DNA of 63,125 bases, the filler included, from Chrysochromulina tobinii (Eukaryota): the NCBI GenBank assembly GCA_001275005.1. It is 11 parts of 11 records of this genome, joined end to end, with 100 filler letters (N's around TTAATTAATTAA, not from the genome) between each part and the next. Parts side by side here need not be neighbours in the genome. Positions count along the whole stretch, not along the records: positions 37,038 to 49,081 come from JWZX01000086.1; positions 49,182 to 51,088 come from JWZX01000087.1; positions 51,189 to 54,410 come from JWZX01000088.1; positions 54,511 to 56,826 come from JWZX01000089.1; 7 more parts are not named here. One strand, given 5' to 3'. Numbering within the stretch: position 1 is the first letter of the stretch; each line of letters opens with the position of its first letter. Made by a program: the position numbers and the translations under genes. Shown here in pieces: positions 45,513 to 55,618 of this stretch. Below the pieces are notes generated by a model, which ran no database searches, was not told where the DNA came from, and saw only the letters and a list, made by a program, of their open reading frames with translations.

Positions 45513-46280
45513 TCAACCCGACTCGGTCGAGCCTTTCAGACGCTTGAAGATGGACTTGCTGATATCGCCGAATCTGTACTCATCCTTGCCTGTGACGCGC
45601 TTGACGGCGCCCTTGGTCAGATCGCCAAACTTGTATTCGTCGCTCCCAGTCACCTTCCGCACGGTGGCCTCTGTCAAGTCACCAAATTTATACTCGTCCT
45701 TGCCCGTATAATCCTTGACCGAGTCGGCAATGCCTTGCGAAGCCCGCTCGCTCAGTCGCACGCCGACCTCTTTGACGGCCCGCACGCCTAGCTCAGCCTT
45801 GAGCACCGTTCCGTACGTGGCCAAGAGGACCGCCACTGGCATGGCGGCAAGTCCTGCCACAGGTGCCGCGGCGCCGGCGCCGAGGAAAACTCCGACCTTG
45901 AGCAGTAAGGAGAGGTCCGCCATAGTCCACTCTGCTGACATCTGCCGCTGGACTTCGGAGCGCATGCTCTCAACGACGCTTTTGGTGATGTCGCCGAACT
46001 GGTAACCCTCGTTCTCGGCGGTGACCCGTTCCTCGACGCGCGCAAGCAGTGTGGGCAGCCGCTCCTCCTGCTCCTCCGGAGTGCTGATTGCAAGCTCGGC
46101 CAGCTCTTCTCTGACAATTGCATCGAGCGCATCTGCGCGTGCGTCTGCGCGCAGCGTCCGCACTCGCAGATGCATACCCCGTGGCTGCCTCAGCCGGCCA
46201 ACTGCATGGCCGCAGCTCTGCCCTTGCACAAGTGCTGCAATGGCCACCGTCGCCGCGAGCAAGATCGAAATGGCTCTCAT
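45513..46280 (-). CDS. Hypothetical signal-peptide (possibly plastid-targeted) protein with YxFGDxT repeats
   Basis: MRAISILLAATVAIAAL; YQFGDITK, YKFGDLTE, YKFGDLTK, YRFGDISK. Confidence 0.7.
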   Translation of the reverse strand: MRAISILLAATVAIAALVQGQSCGHAVGRLRQPRGMHLRVRTLRADARADALDAIVREELAELAISTPEEQEERLPTLLARVEERVTAENEGYQFGDITKSVVESMRSEVQRQMSAEWTMADLSLLLKVGVFLGAGAAAPVAGLAAMPVAVLLATYGTVLKAELGVRAVKEVGVRLSERASQGIADSVKDYTGKDEYKFGDLTEATVRKVTGSDEYKFGDLTKGAVKRVTGKDEYRFGDISKSIFKRLKGSTESG

Positions 46281-46561
46281 TGTAAATTCGGGCTGTGAAG
46301 ATCTCCTCCGTCCAAAGTTCACGCTGCCGTTAATCGGCGGCATGGCGGGGGAAGGAGTAACCCTTCCCCCTAACGTAGCCCGATAGTACCGATGGTTCAC
46401 GTATTTGCCAACACGGCAGGGCGCACATCCACAGGACCCGAACACTCCAACACGAACCGACCTTGCAGCCTTAAAGTGTGCTGAATCCGCGCGTGTCCTA
46501 ACATACTATTGTAGTAACTATGCTTGATTGCTTGTCACGTGCTGAGTTCTCAATATGGGTC

Positions 46562-49081
46562 CTATCTCATAGTCTGAGCTATGATGTTATGGATGGGCGT
46601 GTAATTGCCCGCTCGTCCGAGGCCAAGCTCACCGATGGCTGTGACCTTCCACGTGTGCCCTGGTGCGGTGCGCCAGATCTTGGCCATCACAACCGCCGTC
46701 TGCTCCCCCGTGGGCCGCCCGTCCAGCTCGTAGCGCGCGAGAGGCACCCCCGATCTGTCGGCCGGATCAAAGCAGCGCACCTCCGGTCGGATGATGTCGG
46801 AGAGTCGGGCAGTATCCCACGCAGAGAGTGTCAGGTAGATGGCGCCAACTTGGTCGCTGAGGGCGCGCAGGTCAATGTCGACCCTGTGTGTGCCCTCGCG
46901 CTTCTCCGCGTCGATCTGGTCACCAGAATGGCGCAGTGCCACGCCCCTCCCCCCCTCGCCGTACGCCGTGTGCACGCCGCCGGAGACCAATCCCGTCGCC
47001 GATCGCTGGTTGTCGTAGTCGACGTAGGCGAGCGGCTTGCCGTCGAAGCTGTACGCGAGCGCCGACGCGTCGAGGTAGAGCGTTCCCTCACCCGCCCAGC
47101 GCCACACCTCCTCGAACCGGACCGCCTTCATCGTGGGCGAGGCAGTGACGGACTCGCCCCTGCGCAGGATGGCCGAGACGCCGCTGCGCTGGACACGCGA
47201 AAAGTCCATCCCTTTCTTGTGATAGCCCTTCTGCTCTGAACGGCCAACGGCGCGGATGAACCACGCGTGAATGTAAGCCTTCGACGGGAGCGGCACGTTG
47301 ATGAGCGCGTAGAACTCGGGCCACGAATCAGCGGCCATCACCTTCGCAATGTGCTGACGCATCGAATGACGAAGCCACGGTGTCGGGTTCCCATTGAAGT
47401 CATCGAGCTGCGCTGGCGACACCTTGGAAAGGCGGGACAGGAAGCCGACAGAGAACATGAGCAGTCGGTTCGAGACGCGCCGCGCCTCCCAGCAACGCTG
47501 CACGAGCTCATCCACCCCGAGCGTGTGCGGAGTGGCCAGCTCGGGGTGATGGCGGCAAGCCCAGAGAACCGAACGGTCCATCATCTCCTCGAGCAACGGC
47601 CACGCGAGGTCGCTCCAGCGCAGGCTGTTGCAGATGGCGAGCAGCGGCACGAGATCGCCCAGGCTCGGCTCGGACGCCTTGCCGCGCTTGCTTTCCTTGC
47701 CGATGAACTCCTGCACGCGCTTGGTCACCTGTGCTCGTAGCGCCGGGTGCTCGTGCGCGAGCGCGAGCAGAAGCCGATAAATCTGCGTGAAGCCGTTGAT
47801 GAAGACGTCGGAGGCTGCGACGCCCCGGTCGACGAGAAGCACGACGAGCGTGCACAGTAGCTTCGGCAGCACATCGAGTGCCATCTCGGGCACAAAGCGG
47901 CCCTGGGCGAAGCGCCACCGTGGCGCGTTAGCGCACAGGGCAGCGATCGTCTGGTGCAAGATGGGCCTCGCCGCCTTGAAGTGGTCACGCGTGAGGTAGA
48001 GCGGCAGGAAGTGGGTGAAGGCCTCGCCCCATACGCTCGTGCGCACACCATCTTCCCTGAAGGCCGAGTACGAGAGCGTGTCGAGTGTCGAATAGATACA
48101 GTCCACTTCGTGCGTGCGCGGGTTGACGGTGAACGTGAGCGGGATGCCGAAGACCTGTGGGGAGGAGCAATGGCGCCGTGGTGAGCACTTGCATGCGAGT
48201 CGGAGGTCCATATATGAGGTTCGAGGGATGCCAAAGACCTCGAGCCCTCCGCGCTTCTCGTCGAGCGCGCCCAGCGTCGCCTTGCTGTGGTAGCAGCGGA
48301 GTAGCTCGGCGTTGCTGCTGTGCTCGAGCATGTATGCGTGGCGCCAGTCGCTGAGCGAGGCCGCAGCTAACTGGGACGCTGGGAAGTGCCGGTGGAAGAG
48401 CACGCGCCACAGCAGGCCGTCACTGCATGCGCTGCGCAGGTGAGAGCACGTGCACGCGAGCGAGCGCACGTCTGCCTCGGAGTGCAGCTTCTCTATGACG
48501 ATGATGAGCGCGTCGTACGACAGCAGCGCAAAGGATCCCGAGCACTCATCTGCCGTCTCCTCATGTGCCTCAGGGTCGGCACATACCAAATTAGGGTCGT
48601 CACAGCCCCTCTGCTCGGCAATCGAGGCCGTTGGCTTTGCAGTGGCAACGGTGACGACTGCGGCGGAGGCGGCGGCAGTCTGGGCGGCGTCAGCCACGCC
48701 CAAGCCGCCGCGCTCGCGCTCGCGTTTGCGCGCGCGGTAAGCATTCTTCTTCTGCGTCCGCTTGCTTGGGCCAGTCTTTTCAGACGTGCCCTCATCGTCA
48801 GCTGCAGCACTCTCTTCCTCATCATCTGCATCGCTCTGCTCGTCTCCCTCGACGCTGAGCACGGCAAACTTGCCCTTCAGCGCCTGCGGTTTGGGCGGCG
48901 CTAAGGCGAGCGACGGCTTTGGCGGCGGCGCTGCGGCAAGAAATTGCTTTGGCGGCGGCGCTGCGGCAAGCAATTGCTTTGGCGGCGGCGCTGCGGCAAG
49001 CAATTGCTTTGGCGGCGGCGCTGCGGCAAGCAATTGCTTTGGCGGCGGCGCTGCGGCAAGCAATTGCTTTGGCGGCGGCGC
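46562..49081 (-). CDS. F-box + uncharacterised domain + C-terminal TerD-like domain protein, 5'-partial; in-frame intron 48155-48238
   Basis: F-box LSYDALIIVIEKL..SLACTC..LW; TerD-like YLDASAL..VDY..LRHSGD..IDLRAL..WKVTAIG; 30-bp QLLAAAPPPK repeat. Confidence 0.75.
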   Translation of the reverse strand, partial: APPPKQLLAAAPPPKQLLAAAPPPKQLLAAAPPPKQLLAAAPPPKQFLAAAPPPKPSLALAPPKPQALKGKFAVLSVEGDEQSDADDEEESAAADDEGTSEKTGPSKRTQKKNAYRARKRERERGGLGVADAAQTAAASAAVVTVATAKPTASIAEQRGCDDPNLVCADPEAHEETADECSGSFALLSYDALIIVIEKLHSEADVRSLACTCSHLRSACSDGLLWRVLFHRHFPASQLAAASLSDWRHAYMLEHSSNAELLRCYHSKATLGALDEKRGGLEVFGIPRTSYMDLRLACKCSPRRHCSSPQVFGIPLTFTVNPRTHEVDCIYSTLDTLSYSAFREDGVRTSVWGEAFTHFLPLYLTRDHFKAARPILHQTIAALCANAPRWRFAQGRFVPEMALDVLPKLLCTLVVLLVDRGVAASDVFINGFTQIYRLLLALAHEHPALRAQVTKRVQEFIGKESKRGKASEPSLGDLVPLLAICNSLRWSDLAWPLLEEMMDRSVLWACRHHPELATPHTLGVDELVQRCWEARRVSNRLLMFSVGFLSRLSKVSPAQLDDFNGNPTPWLRHSMRQHIAKVMAADSWPEFYALINVPLPSKAYIHAWFIRAVGRSEQKGYHKKGMDFSRVQRSGVSAILRRGESVTASPTMKAVRFEEVWRWAGEGTLYLDASALAYSFDGKPLAYVDYDNQRSATGLVSGGVHTAYGEGGRGVALRHSGDQIDAEKREGTHRVDIDLRALSDQVGAIYLTLSAWDTARLSDIIRPEVRCFDPADRSGVPLARYELDGRPTGEQTAVVMAKIWRTAPGHTWKVTAIGELGLGRAGNYTPIHNIIAQTMR

Positions 49082-49181
49082 NNNNNNNNNNNNNNNNNNN
49101 NNNNNNNNNNNNNNNNNNNNNNNNNTTAATTAATTAANNNNNNNNNNNNNNNNNNNNNNNNNNNNNNNNNNNNNNNNNNNN

Positions 49182-51088
49182 AACGTGCAGACGTACAGCC
49201 TCCTCAGGTACGATGTCCAGAGCATGCAGGTGGCCGGGGTGATGAGATGCACGAACCTGTGGTGCTCGATCATGGGCCGCTTCTCGCAGATGAACATGAG
49301 CGGCAGCAGCTCCTACTTAGAGGCGACGCACATCTTCTTGGAAGGCAGCGACCTGAACATGCAGGGCAGCAGCAGGCTCGATGCCTCGGCGCGCGGCTTT
49401 GCCCAGCTCAATGGCACCGGAGCCGGCGCCGAGCCGTCGGATGGTTACGGCGGCGGCAGCGGCGGCGGGCATGGCGGCACCGGCGGCACCGGCCACGGCG
49501 GAAACGCCGGGGGCGTCGCGTACGGCGTGATCGAGCAGCCCGTCACCGCCGGCAGTGGCGGCGGGCGTGGAAGGTATCCGAGCTACTTGACCTACGTGCC
49601 AACCGTCGGCACGTGGGCGGCTGGGCGTGCAGCGTGCCAGTCTCTCGGCGGTGATCTCGCAAGCATACACAGTGCCGCGGAGAACGACGCTGTGAGGGCC
49701 GTCGTCCCTCACACCACCGCCGCCTGGATCGGTGCGACTGATGCGGTGAGCGAGGGCACCTGGAGGTGGTCCGATGGCACTCCGTGGGACTACTCCAGCT
49801 GGCACCCTGGTGAGCCCAACAACCAGGGCGACGAGGATTGTGGCGAAGCATATGCGGACCATCCAGGCTGGAACGATATGCCTTGTTCAAGGGACCTTGG
49901 TGCCGTGTGCCGGTTGCCTGCTGCGGCTGCCGTCCACTTCCGCGACGGCGGCGCAGGCGGAGGCACCGTGCGCATCGACGTGCGCGGCACGCTGACCTTG
50001 GCGCCATCGGCTTCGGTTCGTGCCAACGGCGCACAGGGCGCCGACTCAGGCATCAGCTGCCAGTCCAGATGCCTCGACAACGCGTACAACGGAGGTGGCG
50101 GTGCAGCGGCTGGCTCGATATGGATCACCGCCGAAAGCGTGCTCGGCAACGGCTCTCTGCAGGCGACGGGCGGGGCCGGAGGCGCAGCGGGCGCACGTAG
50201 CGGCTCGTGGCAGAACGCTGGAGGCGGCGGGGCTGGCGGACGTATCGCTGTGCACTGCGCGTCGCAGCTCGCAAGCGGCATTTCAATGAGCGCAGTCGGC
50301 GGCCAGAGGGGGTCGAACGACGCGGGCAGTGAGGGTGTGGGTGCGCCTGGGACCATCTTCACGTCTGTGGGTGGCGTTCGCACGCTTGTGGTGGACAACG
50401 CGGCGACGAGCTCGTCGCTGGTCGGCGGCTACGTGCGACTGCCTGCGAACGGCAACGGCAGCCTTGCTCTGCACACACTTAGGCTCGTGAACAGCAAGGT
50501 CGATGTGCACTACAGCGTGAACGCGGCGCACGTGATTGGCTTGTCGTCTGACGTGACTACGCGCTTGCTCGATGCTACCTCGCTGTCGACAAGCTCGTGC
50601 ACATGGCTGGCGCACTCGCGCGTCGCAACTGTGACGATGCAGCTCCTAAATACAGTTTGGACGAGCGCGGCGCCGATCGCAGCGTCGAGCACGCTCAAGA
50701 TCAACGGATCGACCACGCTCACGATCAACGCATCCGTCGGTCGCATCGAGGCCGGCACGTTGTTGGTCGAGACCGGCGCCATCCTGACGACGTCATCGAT
50801 ATCTGACGGTGTGCTCGATGTGGTGGCCGGCACAATGCGTGTGCAGGGCACCGGCGCCGTGAGGTCAGGTGCGCTGCACGTCAATGCGTCCAGCTGGTCG
50901 GTCGAGGCGTCTGAGTCGAACGTGCAGACGTACAGCCTCCTCAGGTACGATGTCCAGAGCATGCAGGTGGCCGGGGTGATGAGATGCACGAACCTGTGGT
51001 GCTCGATCATGGGCCGCTTCTCGCAGATGAACATGAGCGGCAGCAGCTCCTACTTAGAGGCGACGCACATCTTCTTGGAAGGCAGCGA
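49182..51088 (+). CDS. Internal fragment of a large Gly-rich repeat surface protein with a C-type lectin domain
   Basis: GGGHGG/GSGGG/GGAGGG repeats; CTLD W..ACQSLGGDLASIHS..WIG..W.WSDG..WHPGEPNN..EDC..WND.PC; 170-nt identical ends 1737 nt apart. Confidence 0.85.
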
Positions 51089-51294
51089 NNNNNNNNNNNN
51101 NNNNNNNNNNNNNNNNNNNNNNNNNNNNNNNNTTAATTAATTAANNNNNNNNNNNNNNNNNNNNNNNNNNNNNNNNNNNNNNNNNNNNTATAGTACTCGT
51201 GAGGGGCATCTGTATCTTACCACTGTTCCTCTTATCCACACTGATCCTCAATGTACCGCCCGTTACGCTGTGGGCCGCGCTCATGGGTCGATTC

Positions 51295-51560
51295 ACTGCT
51301 CTCGACTAAGGAGAGGCTTACCGTACTGCTCTCGACTAAGGAGAGGCTCACTGACTTTGTACTGCTCTCGACTGATGAGAGACTTGTGCTGCTCTCTACG
51401 GGTGAGAGGCTTTGGTTTGCATGCTGCAACGCGCTCGGCTCGTGAGAGCGTGCGCCGTCGTCGGCCCCTCGACTAGTGAGGGGCCGGTTGGGCTGCGGTG
51501 TGCTTCCGACTAAGGGAAGCGCACCGGCTTACTGGCCTGTTCTTCGCCTACTGAGAGGCT
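51295..51560. repeat. Array of short stem-loops with 7-nt loops (GACTAAG-like)
   Basis: ctctc-gactaag-gagag x2, ctctc-gactgat-gagag, ctctc-tacgggt-gagag, ggcccctc-gactagt-gaggggcc, cggtgtgcttcc-gactaag-ggaagcgcaccg. Confidence 0.8.
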
Positions 51561-51789
51561 CATGCTGCGTACTTGTTACGAGCTGCTCGGCACACTTGGT
51601 GCTTTGCCGGGCTGCAGGCAGAGGGATCGCAAGCGATCGCCTACCTGAGCCCTCTCGGCCTGGCTGCTGTGCTGTGCTTGGCTTGCGCTGAGGCCCGAGG
51701 GCGCTGCAGCGGGTGCTGGGCGGGGCTGGCTCTGGCGGGCGGCGCGGCGGCTCTGTGCCGCTGGCCTCGTAGCCGTAATCGTCTGCACT

Positions 51790-54410
51790 TCAGGGGGAGT
51801 GCCCGTAGTCGCTGTCCACGCCATCGAGGAGGCCAGACTCGTAGTGTACTCGAGTCATTTCGAGTTGCTCTCTGCGCGTGAACTCGATATGGCCTACTTG
51901 TGCGGGCGCGGGCTCTGCATCGTTGGCGGCTTCGGCATCTGGTGCGTCATCGCCGTCCGTGCCGGGCCCTTCGGCCCAGTCCATGGCGGCTAGCTCTTCG
52001 ATGGTGTGCGCCGACGCCAGTCTCTGGATGTCTTTCGACACTCGGACGGCCATGCGTGCGTCCCTTGCAAAGGCGGTGCTCTGTGCGTATCTGTCCGGCA
52101 GGACCGCACATTTGAGCCTGTGTTTCTTGAGCTCTGCTGGTTCTGGGACTAGCGTGGCGCTCTGCGCGGCGCTGCCGGAGAAACGCCCGAGGCCGTGCCG
52201 CTCGATCGGCCCGAGAAGCATGCGTGCGGCGTGCTTGAGCATCATGGGCTTGAGCGAGTGGACCTTGAACTCGAGTAGCGACGGCGGCTTGCACGCGAGC
52301 GGCGGGAGCGACAGCAGAAACTGTAGCGCCGCGTCGGCCCGTCCGCCGAGGATGGGGCCGTTGGTGAAGGCGCAGCCTTCGACAGGTGCGCCGGAGGCCG
52401 AGTCGTTGTCACGGACGAGGAAGCAGCCGTCTTCGACGTCGCGGAGCGCGTCATAGACCTCGTCGATGACGCCGCGCGAGCCGTAGGCGTCGAGGATAGG
52501 CCCGAAGGCCGGGCGCGGCGACTGCTTGTGCGGCTCATTGGACTTGTCCACCTGAACGCACGTGTAGAGCACGCCGTTCTTTTCGGCCAGGATGGCGCAC
52601 GCCTGCGCTTGTTTGAACCTCGACGTCTGCGAAGCCACGAGCGCGAAGCCGGCGGCGGTGCCGCGCACGACGCGGCTGTGGTGGTGCGTGGCGAGGTAGC
52701 AGAGCTGAGCGTAATGTGGTGGCTCAAGCGCCGGCGTCGGGATGGAGGTTGTTGTACCAAACTTGCGCTTGCAGACGAGTGCGTCGTCTGCCGCCGTGGC
52801 CATCTTGACGTTGTCGAGCAGCCAGCGCAGGGAACGGAAGGCGGTTTTGGCGGCTGTGCGCCCGTCGCGCCTCTGCTGCTGCGCTGTGAGCACTCTGCCT
52901 TCGGCCTCGGCCTTATCTCTGTACGCTTTGGCGGCGTCGACGGCCTTGACGTTGACCTCGTCGAGGAAGCTGTTAGTGAGCTGCGCCGGGTACGTGTCGT
53001 TGTCGGCTGCATCGTACTCTCCCTTTGCTTCGGCGTATGCCCGGAGGCGCGTCAGCGTGGAGAGGGCGCCTTTGAGCGTGGACGTGCCCCATCGGGCGAG
53101 GAACGTCACGAGCTCGTCGGCGCAGTTCACGCTGTAGGGCTCGTCGTCGTGGAGCCGCATGGCCGTCTTGATGAGGTCTCTCCCCCAAATGCCGGCAATC
53201 GTCTGCAGCGAGAGGGCTGAGGCGAGCTGGCATGCGGCCCGAGTCCTGTTCGCCTGGTCTCTCATCTTGCCAGTAATGAGGGGCCCGCCTTTTTTATTTC
53301 TGCCCAACTGAGCCGGCATGAGTAGCTGCACCGCTTCGCTGATGGCGCAGCTGGCCTTGGCCCAGGCGACGTAGCGGCCGTCGCCTTGAAGCGCTGCCTC
53401 CATGGGTACTGCGACGCCGATGGGCTGGTATTGCTCGAGGCCGCTGTGCTGGCCGGTGGGCACCACGAGAGCCCGTTGCTGTGCGGCATGCGTGCTGGGC
53501 TGTTCGGCGAGGTGCTGTTGGTGCAGCAGGTACGTCGCCGAGGCTGGGATGGTGTCGCGTGCCGTATTGGCAGCGATGTAGAGGCGGTTTCGGCTAGGTA
53601 GTGCTGGCTTTCTCGGCTGCTTGTCGCGGATCGTGTTCCACACGTAGTGACCCTCGGGGTAGGACAGCAGCGCTCGCCGTACTTCTTCTTGCTCTCCTGC
53701 GATGGCACGAGCGACCTGCTCGGCTCTCGCTTTGAGCTCTTCCGCCTGGTTCGACTCGCGCAGCCCTTGCATGATGTGCTGGAGCCGCGAGCCGGGCATG
53801 CCGACGCTGGAGTCGGATCTGGTGTTGTGGAGGCGGCTCTGCTGCTGCACTCCGAATGGCACCAGCTGGCCGCCCATCCCGTGCGACGGCTCCACGGGAG
53901 TCGTAGTCGCAGCAGGCGGAGGGCCCGGGGGGTTGCAGAACATGCTGCGCTCGAGCGCCGACGATGGCCACTCCGACGAGGCGCTAGAGCTGCCCGGCTG
54001 GTAGCCACGCTGGCCGGGCTGCGGCGTGTCGTCCCAGATGTTGTGCCACGCGCCTGCGCCGCTGGGGTCGATGGTGCCATCGAGGTCCCCATATGGGGTG
54101 AACACCCTGATAAGGCGGCCGACCGGGGTCGGCTGCTGCGCGGGTGGCGCTGCGCTCGGGCGTTCGTCATCGTGGGTATCGCGCGGCGCGATGCCGCTGA
54201 TCGGCTGCGCGCTCTCGCTGGCGCTTCCGCCCTCGCTCCCTGCTGAGGGGGCGATTGATTCATCTTCTGCAGCTTGCGCGTGCGCGTCGGAGATGTGCTC
54301 GTCGCCCGCTAGAGTTTCGACCTGGGCACCGACGGCAGGGTCACCTGCTCGTGGTGGGCCGGCTTGTACTCCAGAATCGCGACCCCGCTTCTGTGCTCCG
54401 CGGCGCGTCT
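51790..54410 (-). mobile_element. Tyrosine recombinase ORF of a DIRS/Ngaro/Crypton-like element, 5'-partial
   Basis: Ordered catalytic-like motifs TSRFKQAQ (R), VDKS (K), VHSLK (HxxK/R), RHGLGRF, DRYA (Y). The frame is open to the contig edge. Confidence 0.72.
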
Positions 54411-54949
54411 NNNNNNNNNNNNNNNNNNNNNNNNNNNNNNNNNNNNNNNNNNNNTTAATTAATTAANNNNNNNNNNNNNNNNNNNNNNNNNNNNNNNNNN
54501 NNNNNNNNNNCTCGACGGGCGCGGCAGCGGCGGCGCCGCGAGCTCCACCATGTAGCTTGGAGATACTCGAGCCCTCTGGCGAGAGGGTCGTGAGCTTAGT
54601 GGCGGTGATGATGTGGCACGCCTCAAGGAAGCCATTGTTGGCCTGCATGGTGCACGGCCTTGGGCTGCGACGCAAGTTTCGTTGATCTCACGCGGTCTCT
54701 GCACTATGTGCGCGAACATTTCTTTCGTGTTGACGTGTACTGTGTGAGGCTTCATGTGCCGATGGACTCAATTCGCGCCGTGTCGGTTGATAAGATTGCA
54801 AAGCGCGCGAGGTTTCCGACTCAAAACCGGCCGACCGGTGTACAGCGCAGCGCAGCGCGCCTCTGCATCATGGCGCACACCGAATATGGTGAGCTGCCCC
54901 TTTGCAAGGGTGAGTGCCCATTTGAATGCCCTTCCTGATTGCCCACCTC

Positions 54950-55616
54950 CCAGATAACCGCCGCGCTCGCCTCCGCCTCTCTTGCCGCCACCGTCTCCGC
55001 CGCCATCATCACAACCGCCTCCTTCGCAACCGCCTTCTCCACCACCTTCACCCTCTCCGCCGTCGCCTCCTCCGCCATCGCCGCCACCACCATCACCGCC
55101 TCCGCCCTCGCCTCAGCCTCAATCTCCTTCGCCGCCATCACCACAACCGCCTCCGTCGCCTCCACCGCCGTCACCGCCTCATCCACCACCGCCTCCGCCC
55201 TCGCCTCCGCCTCCATCTCCTCCGCCGCCATCAACACAACCGCCTCCGTCGCCTCCGCCGCTGTCACCGCCTCATCCACTGCCTCCTCCCCCACTGCCTT
55301 CTCGACCGCCTCCACTGCCACCACCGCCCTCACCGCCTCCTCCATCGCCGCCACCACCACCTCGTCCGCCACAGCCATCGCCTCCTCCATCGCCGCCTCC
55401 TCCTCCATCGCCGCCTCCTCCTCCATCGCCGCATCCTCCTCCATCGCCGCATCCTCCTCCATCGCTGCTGCCGCTGCCACCACCGCCGCCAGCGCCAGCG
55501 CCTCCGCCCCCACCGCCCCCGCCCCCGCCGTCGCCACCGCCGCCTTCACCACCACCACCTTCACCACCACCACCACCGTCAACGCCACCAACGCCATCCC
55601 CCCAGCCGCCATCGCC
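54950..55616 (+). repeat. Ser-Pro(n) low-complexity tract
   Basis: CCx-rich repeats translating to SPPPP; no convincing start. Confidence 0.6.
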
Positions 55617-55618
55617 CG

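Noticed and set aside
51372..51410. Hammerhead suggested by CTGATGA
   Set aside because: No downstream GAAA; the motif is just a variant hairpin loop.
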